A stretch of 64,000 nucleotides of DNA. Origin: Mantamonas sphyraenae STR306. Taxonomy: Eukaryota; Protista; CRuMs. The notes beneath the pieces are model-generated. The model had not been told where the DNA came from, searched no databases, and saw only the letters and a program-made list of their open reading frames with translations. Numbering within the stretch: the first letter of the stretch is position 1; each line of letters opens with the position of its first letter. The stretch spans positions 372,001 to 436,000 of the forward strand of contig JAPMXV010000051.1 in assembly GCA_026936335.1 (NCBI GenBank), in the 5' to 3' direction. Made by a program: the position numbers and the translations under genes. Shown here in pieces: positions 47,216 to 58,402 of this stretch.

Positions 47216-48584
47216 TCACTCGTCGTCTTGGCGCTGTTTCTTGTGAGACGGGGCCCGCGAGTTGGATTGGGCGTCGACGTCCATCTGATCGTGCCCCTCC
47301 TCGTCCTCCAGCACGAGATCGTCGTGGTCCAGCTCGTCTGAGCCTGTGGATCGCGTTCTTTTGTGTGTGCTGGAGCGAGGCATGCCGCGCACGCCGTCCG
47401 CTGTGATGCGGTACTGGACTGTGGCCTGTTCCCGATTGGGAGACTTGTGCAGGTTGGCAAAGCGCATTCCGTTCTTCCAGAAGAGTACGACGCGGTTGCT
47501 ACAGGCATGGCTCCACGACTCACCCAGAGCTGGGGCCAGATAGGAGACGGAGGTTTGGTTGGAACCCTTGCGGAACTTGGTGGTGACCTGGTTGATCACC
47601 ACCACCGCCAGGTTGGCCTCGTTCGCCATCCGCTGCAGCTTCTGTGCCATGCCACCCAGCACACGTGCGCGCAGTCCCATCTGAGACTGCTCAAAGTCGT
47701 GACGAAAGTGAAACGTGACCGAGTCGAGGACAAGCAGGCGCACGTTGGGGTGCGCGGCCAGGAAACGTGGCAGCGTGTTGAACAGCGCCACTTGCTGTAC
47801 AAAGTCGTATACTCGGTAGCAATGGATGCCCGAGAGCAACGACTGGAGCGACATCTGCTCCAACGCCTCTTCCTGTTCGCGCTGTCCCCCTTTGCTGGCC
47901 AGTCGCTCCAGATGATGCAGCAGGCCGCGGGCCATCTCCACCACACGTTCAATCACAAAGGACCCTTCTGTGTCCACATATACAACCTCGCCACCCAACC
48001 CGCCGAATTCGGGTGGAATCTGCACGTCCAGGGCCAGCTGGATGCTTCGTGTGCACGTGTGCGACGGATCGGGAACCCATGATCAGGAAAAACGAGGAGG
48101 TGAGCGATTGGTTTCGGGCCCCCGCTTGCTTGGTGTCACACTCTGCTTACCCAATTTGTGTCTTGCCAATCCCTGGCACACCACAAAACTCGGTGATCTT
48201 TCCCAGGGGCACACCGCCTCCGAGGATGCGGTCGAGCTCGCCACAGAAGGTGAAGATGGGTTGCATCTCCGCCTCGCGCTGGAGCAACTGCAGGGCAGAC
48301 ATGCCCTTTCCAGAGGCTGAGGAGGAGGAGAAATTGGACAAAGAGGAAGATGAGGAAGCAGCGGAGGAGGAGGAGGAGGAGGAGGAAGAGGAACTGCCGT
48401 CGTCGGAAGCCGAGGCCAGACGGACCAGCTCCTCCGCCTTGGCCTGGCTGATACCCAGCTCTTCAGCCAACTCAGGAGCAGTCACCTGGCGCAGATCAGC
48501 GACTGTGCGGAACCCTGCACTCCGCAACAGCTTCTTGGTGGCTGCATTGACGGCCAGGGAGGCTGTCGAACGAGCGGAGGACAT
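47216..48584 (-). CDS. RAD51C: RAD51 paralog C, 2 exons
   Basis: TEFCGVPGIGKTQ, LDVQIPPEFGGLGGE, DSVTFHFRHDF, PALGESWSHA. Confidence 0.93.
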
Positions 48585-48623
48585 TTTCAGAGGGGTTGGA
48601 CTGGGGTGGAGAGGGCAACGCTG

Positions 48624-49898
48624 TCACATGATCACTTCATTGGATGTGGGCGACGGCAGGGGTAACCTGGGTGCGTAGCGGAGGGCATCGATCTCGTTCG
48701 CGGTGGTGAGGAGAGACTTGTTGGGACCGTGGCGCTGCAGGTGCTCAATGCCGGCCCAGGCAATCATGATGCCATTGTCTGTGCATAGATGGAGGGGGGG
48801 AAACAGGGATTGAACACGCATGCGATGGGCCATCCGTTGCACAGCCTGACGCAGGTATTGGTTGCGTGCCACGCCTCCGCTTACCACCAGCGTGTCCAAC
48901 TCGGGATACTCGCTGCGTGCCCGTTCCAGTGCCAGCTGTGTCTTTTGCACCACATGGGTCACCGCACACTTTTGGAAGCCCGCAGCCACGTCCGCCGCGA
49001 CCTGCGGTGGCAGCGCATCGCTGCCGTGCACCTCCTTGAGCTCGACCACCCGCCTGCGCACGGCGGATTTGAGACCGCTGAAGGAGAGGTTGGGTAAGCC
49101 TTTCTTCTTGCGCATGGGTACGGTGAACACATGCTCGCCCTCGTCGCCCTGAGCTGCAAACACTTCGATGCCAGCCCCGCCTCCACCCTGCCCTGGATCA
49201 CTGCCCAGACCCAACAGGACAGCTGTCTTGTCAAACACCTCTCCTAGAGCATCGTCCAGGGTGCTGGCATACAGCGTGAACGCGCCGACGTCGTGCGCAC
49301 ACAGAAGCTGCGTGTGACCACCGGACACCAGCAGCGTCATGAAGGGAAAGTCCACTGCGTGTTCCATGCGCACTGTCAGGGCGTGTGCTTCCAGATGGTT
49401 CACAGGAAGCACAGGCAACCCATGCGCACGACTCAGCTCCTTTGCCGTTTCCACACCCACGTTCAAACAGGGGCTCAGCCCAGGCCCCACTGTCACTGCC
49501 ACTGCATCCAGACTGCTATACTCCACTCCAGCCTCCTCCATTGTCTGTACTCGACTCGTGGAGGGAGTCACACAACCCATTCCCCATTTCGTGGCTGTGA
49601 GTACTCCTTTGCGGTCCGCTCTGCCACCTTCCACTCCACTGCCGCCTACCTCGTCCAGAATGCGCCCAATATTGGCTGCATGCTCTCTCGCAGCCAGGGC
49701 AGGTACAACACCGTTGAAAGGCGCGTGCAGAGCCACCTGAGATGCCACAGCTTGGCCCAGCACCTGACCTGAACTGCTCACCACGGCCGCGGCCGTCTCA
49801 TCGCAGCTCGTCTCGATGCCCAGCACACGCCATGTCTTGGGTGTACCCACGTGCAATGCTCTCTGTCCAGATCTACACGTGCGCATTGCACTTGGCAT
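48624..49898 (-). CDS. OSGEPL1: Mitochondrial tRNA t6A synthase OSGEPL1/Qri7 (TsaD family)
   Basis: VLGIETSCDETAAA, NHLEAH, LLVSGGHT, SFSGLKS, CTDNGIMIAWAG; Arg-rich presequence; 105-nt in-frame intron near 49545-49649. Confidence 0.9.
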   Translation of the reverse strand: MPSAMRTCRSGQRALHVGTPKTWRVLGIETSCDETAAAVVSSSGQVLGQAVASQVALHAPFNGVVPALAAREHAANIGRILDEVGGSGVEGGRADRKGVLTATKWGMGCVTPSTSRVQTMEEAGVEYSSLDAVAVTVGPGLSPCLNVGVETAKELSRAHGLPVLPVNHLEAHALTVRMEHAVDFPFMTLLVSGGHTQLLCAHDVGAFTLYASTLDDALGEVFDKTAVLLGLGSDPGQGGGGAGIEVFAAQGDEGEHVFTVPMRKKKGLPNLSFSGLKSAVRRRVVELKEVHGSDALPPQVAADVAAGFQKCAVTHVVQKTQLALERARSEYPELDTLVVSGGVARNQYLRQAVQRMAHRMRVQSLFPPLHLCTDNGIMIAWAGIEHLQRHGPNKSLLTTANEIDALRYAPRLPLPSPTSNEVIM

Positions 49899-49917
49899 TC
49901 GTGCGGAAAAGCTGTTT

Positions 49918-51360
49918 TCATTCGCGCGGGTCCACAATGCCCTCGGCACTGATCTGGTACACAGCTTCACTCTCGGGCAAGTTGGGCGAGTCATAGATCT
50001 TGCATACACGCTGCTCTCCGCGGCCTTTGCGCAAGTACAGTCGCGTCGTGCATGCGTGGGCCATGATGTGCCCTCCGATCGGCTTCTTCGGGTCGCTCAC
50101 AAACATCGCGTTGGCCCCAGGGTCGCTCACCACCTGGTTCGTCACAAACACAGCCACGTTGTACTCCTCAGCAATCTTTGTCAGCCTGCTCAACATCTGC
50201 GCCAGTTTCTGCTGCCGCTCTGCGAGCTCACCGCGTCCCGAATAATCCACACGGAACAGTGCCGTCAGCGAATCGATGATCTGTGTTGCCGTGAATACGT
50301 GTAGCAAGACGTGTGCGTACTCTCTGAGTGTCAGGGTGCCGCTTGTTCTTTGCTCTTTCCCCGTGAAACATACCAACAGACGGAACGGCTCTTCGGCCAT
50401 TTTCGCAGCAACCTGCGTCAGCAGGTCCATCTGCATGTCACTCGTGTGTGCACGTGCATAGATGATGTTGTCAAGCACTGCGTCCGAGTCCACACCGTAC
50501 CTGTCGCAGATCGGCTGAAGACGATCGGGCCGGCTTGCTTGTTGTTTTGCAGTCTCCCCGTGTCAGCCATTGTTCTCTGCCCTCTGCCCTTTCGCGCACA
50601 CGCAAAGTGAAGCTTACAAGGTGCCTTCTGTGTCGATGTATGCCACCTTTCCGTTGCCTCCTCCCATGTCCGTGGGCAACTGGCACGTCACAGCAAGCGT
50701 GTGAGACAACTGCGTCTTGCCCGTGCGGAACTCGCCAAATGCCTCTGTGATTGACATCGTCTCGATGCCTCCGCCCAACAGCTTGTCCAGCTCCCCCGAT
50801 CCAGTCGTCAAGTGCATCACGCGCTTGCGCTTCTGCATCAATTGGTTTCCGGTCACAAAGCCCATGTCGCAGTTCTGCGCCGCATCAGTCAGCATGTTCC
50901 GTAGCCACGTCGCCATGAACATATCACACTCTACTCACCTCCAACTTGCTCATAGCGTCCAGGATCTTGTCTACCTTGGCCTCGGAGATGCCACGGACGC
51001 TACACAGCTTGCGCCTCGTCGTCATTGCGATTGACTGCACCGTGTGCAATCCGGCTTCCTTCAGCTTCTTGATGTCTCCTGCGTTGATGCCCAGGTTCTG
51101 CAGCTCTTCCACAAGGTCAAACATCGCCTCCTCCATCTCTCCTTCCTCTTCTCCCTCTTCCTGGTCTCCTTCTGCTTCATCTTCTTCTTCCTCCTCGCCG
51201 ACCTCCACCAACTCCTCCTCGTGTCTTGAGGTTTGCTCAAATCCTGTGTCAGGATTCCCCCATTTTCCGTTGTTCCCGATAATTCATTTCGAGCAAACCG
51301 GATTTCTCCATCCACCTCGCCCCCCTTCACACACCACACCACACACACTCACTCTGACAT
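49918..51360 (-). CDS. DMC1: Meiotic recombinase DMC1, 5 exons
   Basis: [41 protein letters not shown]; these residues are DMC1-type rather than RAD51-type. Confidence 0.93.
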
Positions 51361-51522
51361 GCTGATGCTCATGATGTTTCTTGCTCTTTGCACTTTGTTC
51401 TTTGTGCGTTGGTTTGTTGGGGTGTTGCTTGTCTGTTTGTGCCGCCGTGGGTGCGCTGCGTTTTGCAGTTGTCGTGTCGTTGCTAGCTTGGCTGGGCAGG
51501 CGCAAGCACATGCGTGTCGCAT

Positions 51523-52912
51523 TTATCGCCGTCCACGCTTCCCTTTGCCACCCTTGCCACCCTTGCGCCCTTTCTTGCCCATTTCTGCAGCAGCTAGGCC
51601 GCCCTTGCCTTTGCGTTCGTTCTCCTGCTGGAACTTGTTGATCGCCTTTTCCATGTGCATCTCGGGTGCTTTGCGCAACACCTTGTCCAACACATGCAGG
51701 TTGCTCTCTTTCTCACCCTTCAGGTTCGACTTTGTCGTGGCATCAAACTGGCGGCGCTTTCCCGGTGTCTTCACCTTCTTCTCTTTGTTCAGCTTGCGGT
51801 CAAAGTTGCCCATGGAGGCTGTGGAGCGCTGTGCTGCGTTGAATTGCACCTCCAGCTCGTCTTTCTTTTTGCCAAACTTGGACGAGCCTTCCAGCTGGGC
51901 CACAAGAGTCGTCGGCAGCGTTTTGCCCTCGCGGTGCAGCTGCTCTTTCACGTTGCGCAGCTCCCGGTCCTTCTGCTTGTCCACCACGGCCTTGCGCTTC
52001 TTGGCCTTTTGGTAAAACGGGTCTGCGTCATCGCCGTCTCCAGGCAGCGACGGAAGCAGCCAGTCGTCCTGTTCGCTGCCAGCTCGTTTGTACCCGTACC
52101 GCGGACGCCATTCCTTTGCCTCTTCGTCCCACACCATCCGCGACCTCTTCTTCTTCCTGATGTTGTTCTCACGTGCAAATTGTTGCCAGCGTGTCTCGGG
52201 CGCCTTCTCTGGCACGCTCTTCTCGCGGGGCACCTGCGTTTTCCCGTCCGGCAACGCCGCCATCACCGCAAAGTCCTCCCCTGTGGTTCACAATCCCCGT
52301 CCCCGTGTGCCCATTTGATGTCAGATATCCGGCATATGTCACCTCTTGCGCCACCTCTGCATTGTGCCCTTCCGTGTAGTCTCCTCTGCAGCCCCGCACA
52401 CCGTGGACTTTGGCATGCATGTGTGCTCCCAAAATCCGCCTTGGTTTCGAAGCACCTCCTCACACGTGCCCTGGCTTCTGCACACACCCGCACACTTACG
52501 TGATGTGGGCAACTCGAACAGTTGGTTCACCAGCTGCTGCGTCATCCAGCGCGCATGCTTCAGGATTACACCCTCGCGCTTCGATCTGCGTCGCGTGCAC
52601 AGGTGTGAGTCTCATTCCTATGGTGCCTCGCTTGTGCTTCTTCCACATGCAACCTACTTCATGGCGCGTGGGTCCATGGCCGTGCCGTAGCTAGCCATCA
52701 GGTTGCCCAGGTCGAAATCGATGTCCTCCGTCAGCATCTCGCTGTTTGTGGTGAATTCCCAGGATGTCAGATCGAGCCCAACCACACACTTTCCCGCTCT
52801 GCTACTCGCACAGCTTCACGCACCTGCTCCCACTGCTCTGTGCCTTTTGTTTGCTGGCTGCCAACAGTTCTCTTGCATCAAGGACTTCATTCTCACTGTC
52901 ACTGTCGCTCAT
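51523..52912 (-). CDS. RRS1: Ribosome biogenesis regulator RRS1, 4 exons
   Basis: FDLGNL, QQLVNQLFELP, PREK, TRWQQFA, WRPRYGYK, STASMGNFD. First exon MSDSDSENEVLDARELL splices in frame via GTGCGT..CTGAC..CAG (52823-52743). Confidence 0.92.
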
Positions 52913-55900
52913 CGCCGGGTGTTTTTCTTCTTGCGCCTGCGCGCAATGCGTCGTCCAGACATCTGTGCCTCGGACGCCTTGGGAAACACGCCACTCTCAG
53001 CAGAGCCCACATTGCCTCCTGCGCCAAACCTCACTGGCGCCGGACTCCTTCCGCTGCCCCTGTCTCCGCTGCGTGGGCTCGACCCGCTCGAACGATTGCC
53101 GAAGCGGCCTCCCCCACTGGAGAAGCGTCCTCCGCTGCTTGTCCTACGTCCCGACCGTGGGCTCTCATTGTCCATGTCTGCCTCCATCCCTCCGTCATCG
53201 TCATCCGATCCGCGACGCGACGAGAAGCGCCCGCTGCCTCCGCCGAACCGTCCGCCCCCCCGCGGGCTGTCTTCGCTCGCCAGGCTGCTGCTTGTGTCGT
53301 TACGTGTGCGGAAACGCCCTCCAAAGCGTCCTCCCGATCCCCTGCCCTTATCCTCATCCTCCTCGTCCTTGTCGCTTCGACGCGAGCTTCCCGCACGCGC
53401 CCCAAAGCGTCCCCCGCGCTTGCTGCTACCCTTGTCCTCCTCCTCCTCCTCCTCGCTTCCTCGTCGCGACTTGCCACCGAATCGCCCTCCACCTGTTCGC
53501 CTGCTCGGCGTCTCCTCCTCCTCATCCGCAGAGGCCTTGCGCACCGTACGAGAGCCAAAGCGCCCACGTCGCTCCTCTCCTTCGTCTTTGGATCCTCCCG
53601 CACGTTCTGACAGGCTCTTGTTCACACTGGGCGACTTGGGAAGGCCGCTCTTTGACCCTCCGAATCGCACGGGTCCGCTGGCCGCCGCACGTGCCTTTCT
53701 GCTGCTCCTGCTCGCTTCCTCCTCCTCATCGTCCCCACGCGCCTTGACCTTGCGCGATCCGAACAGGATTGGCTCCGAAGAAGTTGTGCGTGTCCTCGAT
53801 CGTCCTCCAGGCGCCGAGAACGCGTGCGCGCCCTTCTCCTCCTCCTTGTTCTCCTCCCCCTTGCTCTCGGGCTTCTCCTGCTTCTCCTCCTTCTCCTTAT
53901 CCCCACTGCGACGTCCAAAGCGTCCTCGTGAAGGCTTCGACGCCGTGTCTTCCTCCTTCGTGGCTGCAGCGCCGTCACTTGTGGTCTCTTGGCGCACTTT
54001 CCCGAAGCGCGGCTTAAAGGCGCCACCGCTCTTGGGCGTGGACACCTCCTCGGCCTTCTTTTCTGTCACTTCCTCCGCATCCTCCTTGTCTTTGTTCTCT
54101 GTGCGTCGCACCTTGCCAAACCGCGATGTCTTTGTCGCAGATCCGCTGTCTTTTGAAGACGACGTGCTTGCATCGTTCTCATCCCCTTTCTTTTCCTTGT
54201 CGCTCTCTTTCCCTGCGTCCTCTTCTTTGCTCGCACGCATCATGGCTGCCGAGCGGAACTTTCGACGAGGCGTCGTCTTTTCCTTGTCCTTGTCCCCCTC
54301 TGTCTCACCTCCTTTCTCTGTCTCCTTCTTCTCCTCCTCCTTCCCCTCCTTCTCCTTCGATGCGCTGCCCAGCGACCGTTTGCTGAACAGCTGGCGAGCC
54401 TTGCGTTCCTTGCCCTCATCCTCCTTGTCGTTCTTGTCGTCTGACTCCTTTGTCGCTTTGTTCTCGCTGCCGGGCGTGCTTGCCTCTGCGCCCTTCTTGC
54501 CAAACCGTCCACGTCCCGCAAACCTGCTCTTCGGCGTCTCTTCCTTTCCCGTGTCCGTCCTGCTGTTAGTATCTGTGTCTGCCTTGGATCCTCCTTCGGT
54601 GCTCGCTGCATCCGCTGGCTTCTCGTCGGAGGGCTTCTTGCCAAAGCGGCTGCGTCCAAACTTGGCCTTGGCCGCTTTCTCCTTGTCTTCACCCTCTGTC
54701 GCACTGCTTGTGTCTGCATCGACACCCGAAGTGGTGGGCACGGTGACGCTTGTGCTGCTCGTTGCATCCTTCCCTCCCTCGGCGCTCTTCTTTGTTCGAA
54801 TCGCTCCGAAGCGCGAGGTCTTTTTGGGCGTGCTTGTTGCCTCATTATCGTTGCCCTCTTTGGTGTCTGCTGCTGCCTTTCCATCCACAGCTTCCTTGGT
54901 TGCCTCTTCGGTTGCATCCGCCTCGATCACTGATGCATTGCTGCGCTTCATGCCAAATTTGCGCTTGGGTTTGCTTTGCCCATCGTCAGAGCTCTCTGTG
55001 GCCTTGGACACCTCTGCACTGGCTGCGCTGGCGTCGTTGGCGGAGGCGGACGAGTCTTCTCCGGCGTTCTTGCGTTTGCCGAAACGTGATCTGCCCATTG
55101 GGTTTCTCCTGCTCGTTGGTTCCCGCTGCCTCGCCTTCCGCGTTCTCCTGGCTGGCGGTAGTGGTAGCAATAGCAGACGAGGTTGTGTTTGCAGGCGTTC
55201 CCTGCTCCGACGGTGCGGCCGTTTCTGTCACGTTGCCCTTGCGTGCAAACAACGTTCGTCGCGTCTGCTCGCTTTCACTGGCCAACTCGGTTGCCTTGCC
55301 TGCTGCCACCTTTCCGAATCGCTTCTTTTCAGGCTTGCTACTGCTCTCGGTGCTTGTGCTTGTGCTTGTGCTTGTGCTTGTGCTTGTGGTGGTGGCGCTA
55401 CCTTCCTTTGCAGCTGTGGTTGCATCAACCGCAGAGCTTGTGCTGCTGCTACTTGATGCAGGTTGCGACGACTTGGATGCAGCCAGTGTGATGCGTGCCT
55501 TCTTGCTCGTTTGTGTCTCTTGTGTGTCTGCACCGGCCTCGCTGGCCCCTTCCATGTCAGCGTTTTTGTCAGCCGGAGCCAGATCCGAGGCCGAGGTGGC
55601 TGAGACGCCGCCGCTGCTGGGCTCTTCCAGCTCCACAGCGGGGCGCTTGCGTGTCTCTGTCTCCTGAGGAGGCTCTGGCACTTCGGGCAGGATGTGTCGT
55701 GCCTTGACGGCCTTGATGAGCGACACATGCCTTGCGGCGGGGCGCTGCTGTGTGGGGGTGGCTTCTTCGCGGATGGTGTCAAAGAACTTGGCGTTGGGCG
55801 CAGGCATGCTTGCCTTGGCCTTGCTCACCAGGCTCTGTGCGGCCGCCTGTGCGCGTTCGGAGTTTGCTGCCGCGTCATCCTCAGCGGCAGAAAGGGCGGC

Positions 55901-56506
55901 TTGCTGCTCATATGCACTGCTCGTGTTCTGCTCAATCATGTAGTATGTGTCCGCCAAAGTTGCAGGGCGCATTTTCATGGCGGAGAGTGAGGTTCGAGGG
56001 GGAACGAGCCCTGACGACGACGACGAAGACGATGAAGATGAAGATGTGCGCACAGCTTGCTCCGAAAGAGGGTCCCCTGCATGGAAGGAGCTGTGCGGGG
56101 TCAACGGTTGCCTGCGCGCGTACTGGTAGACGCTGCTACCCGGAGCGACGAGTCGCGACGCACTCATGGAACCAGCCTTGCGTGCATCTCGCAGCGGCGA
56201 AGGCATGTGTGCCAGCGTATGCAGCAGGCGTGTGGTGTGTGTACTTGCGTTGGGCAGAGGCATGTCTCGTCCACCCACGCGCTGCATGCCTGCATGACGT
56301 TTGTTGCTTGGGTAAGCCTGCACGTTTGGCGTTTGCACGTGCACGCCATCTCCGCCGTCGATTGGTCCGTCACGTCCGTATGCCTGGTCCCCAGGTGTGG
56401 CCATGAGCATGCTTTGCTCTGCTTGCATGCTCGGCGAGCGAGCTCGTTTGCGCGCTCCAGTGCTTTGAACAAGCGGTGTTGCTTGTTCGACTTGGCCAAC
56501 CACCGC

Positions 56507-56551
<45 letters not shown>

Positions 56552-57293
56552 ACTGATATAATCGTGTGCCGACCGGCCCCCGTATGTGCTTGTGTATGGC
56601 GAGCGCAATTGTGTGCGCAGTTTGGTGCGTCTGCGTACGGGCCGGCCCGAGCTCAGTGGCGTTTGTGCCAGCATGGATGAGCCCTGTTCAGACGATGCAC
56701 CATTGGCACCCCAGCCGCCCCGCAGCTGTTGTGCGCCTCCTTGCCATTTCTCGGCTGTGCGCGAAGACATGGCTGGCGACGTGTCAAGCGAAACGGAGCG
56801 CATGGTCCGTCGCATTCCGCCCCCGTTGCTCTCGCCCACAGGCATGTTCACCACGCGGCCACCAGACACCACGCGTCCATTGCTGGTGTCTCCCCTCGGA
56901 CTGCGACTGGTGCTGGGATGCGACGTGTCGCTGCCTCCATGCAGCTCCTGGGCCTCCGCGTCCTGTCCGCCGATCAGCCTCCAGGCGCTTCCCACAAAGC
57001 CCTTCAATGTGTCGATCAACAGCGACCCGCTGCTTTCCGTTTGCTCTGCCTGCTCCTCCCCGTGCTCCAACTGTTTGCCACAGACCATGTGCCCTCTTGT
57101 GTCAGTCCGCGACTCTTGCTTGGTGCTCCTGCCGTCTCGTGCATTTTTTTGGGCGCGCACAACCACCTCCGGTCACGCTTCCACTCACCTGGCCAGACAT
57201 TCGTCCGTTTGTACGCCGACGTGCTGCCATTGCATACGGATGCGTCATAGCAGCCGACGTCGAGTGTCCTCTGTTGACCCGTGCTTTGCCCAT
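52909..57293 (-). CDS. NUP153: Nuclear basket nucleoporin NUP153/Nup1-like with RFG repeats; frame break near 55102
   Basis: SPYTSTYGG and TTRLLHTLAHMPSPLRDARK resemble NUP153 TTYGG and RRILQSLEKMSSPLADAKR; many FG dipeptides; basic end GRRIARRRKK; intron 57188-57071. Confidence 0.72.
55350..55387 (-). repeat. (GTGCTT)n hexamer encoding (Thr-Ser)n in the NUP153-like gene
   Basis: Read directly. Confidence 0.85.
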
Positions 57294-57351
57294 GGCCCTG
57301 TTCGAGGAAGCGTTTTGGCGTTGGCGGCCCCGGGCAAGCCACAGAAAGCCA

Positions 57352-58334
57352 ATGTCCAGCACCGATTCCGGATCAGACGGCAAGCAGGCTTCCCTCCTGC
57401 TTGCCCGCCAGCTCAAGGGTCTGTTTTACTTCCATAATGCATCCTCCATGGTTTCCGCAGGCCTGCCCTCTGTCTCGTTTTCCGTTCTGATCAACGCCCG
57501 CCCTGACACTCGGCGTTTTGGCCCTCCCCCAAATGCCGCCTTGCCTCCCCACAGAGCTGACCAAGAACCCCGTCGAGGGTTTCTCTGCAGGGCTTGTCGA
57601 CGATGACAACCTGTTTGAATGGGACTTGATGATCATCGGCCCGCCCGACACGCTCTAGTGCGTTTTTTCCCTCTCCCGATCCACAAAGTGCTCCACGCTT
57701 GCACAGGTCTTTGGACATCATTCCCACCTCGTCCTGTTTCCGTGGCGTCTCCCTACATCTGGAGGGTTCCCATTACCTGCTCTGCTGACTCTGAGTACCT
57801 CTCCTTGGGTGTGCCTCTTTCCAGCGAGGGCGGCTATTTCAAGGCCACCCTCTCCTTCCCGCAGGATTACCCCATCATGCCACCCACAATGACCTTCACC
57901 TCGGACATGTGGCACCCCAACATCTACGAGAACGGCAAAGTGTGCATCTCCATCCTCCATCCGCCCGGAGACGATGAGTGGGGCTATGAGGACAGGTGCG
58001 TTTTCCCAAGAGCCCGCCACTTTCCGCACCCGCCTTCCAACCCCGCACCCGCCTTTCACCCCCGTTTCCACCTTGTCCCATGCGTCCCTTGCACTGTCCC
58101 TTGCTCATGGCGCTCATCCACACAACCTTGTACACGACCCTTTTGCTCAGCTCTGAGCGCTGGCTGCCCATCCACACCGTCGAGAGCATCCTGCTGTCGG
58201 TCATCTCCATGCTCAGCAACCCCAACGACGAGAGTCCCGCCAACATCGACGCGGCCAAGGAGTGGCGCGAGGACTACAAATCCTTCAAGAAGAAGGTCGC
58301 CAAGACCGTGCGCAAGTCCCAGGACGATCTCTAA
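57352..58334 (+). CDS. UBE2G1: Ubiquitin-conjugating enzyme E2 G1/Ubc7, 4 exons
   Basis: [58 protein letters not shown]. Confidence 0.93.
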
Positions 58335-58402
58335 TCGTCATCCACACACCCACACACAATCTCAAACAATACACAATAGACATGACTGCATTCTCTCTTG
58401 AC

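Noticed and set aside
52703-55456. 917-aa plus-strand ORF, and other long antisense ORFs (12219-13991, 23329-25194, 28368-30767, 37927-39603)
   Set aside because: Antisense shadows of real genes, expected with GC-rich biased codons; no recognisable motifs.
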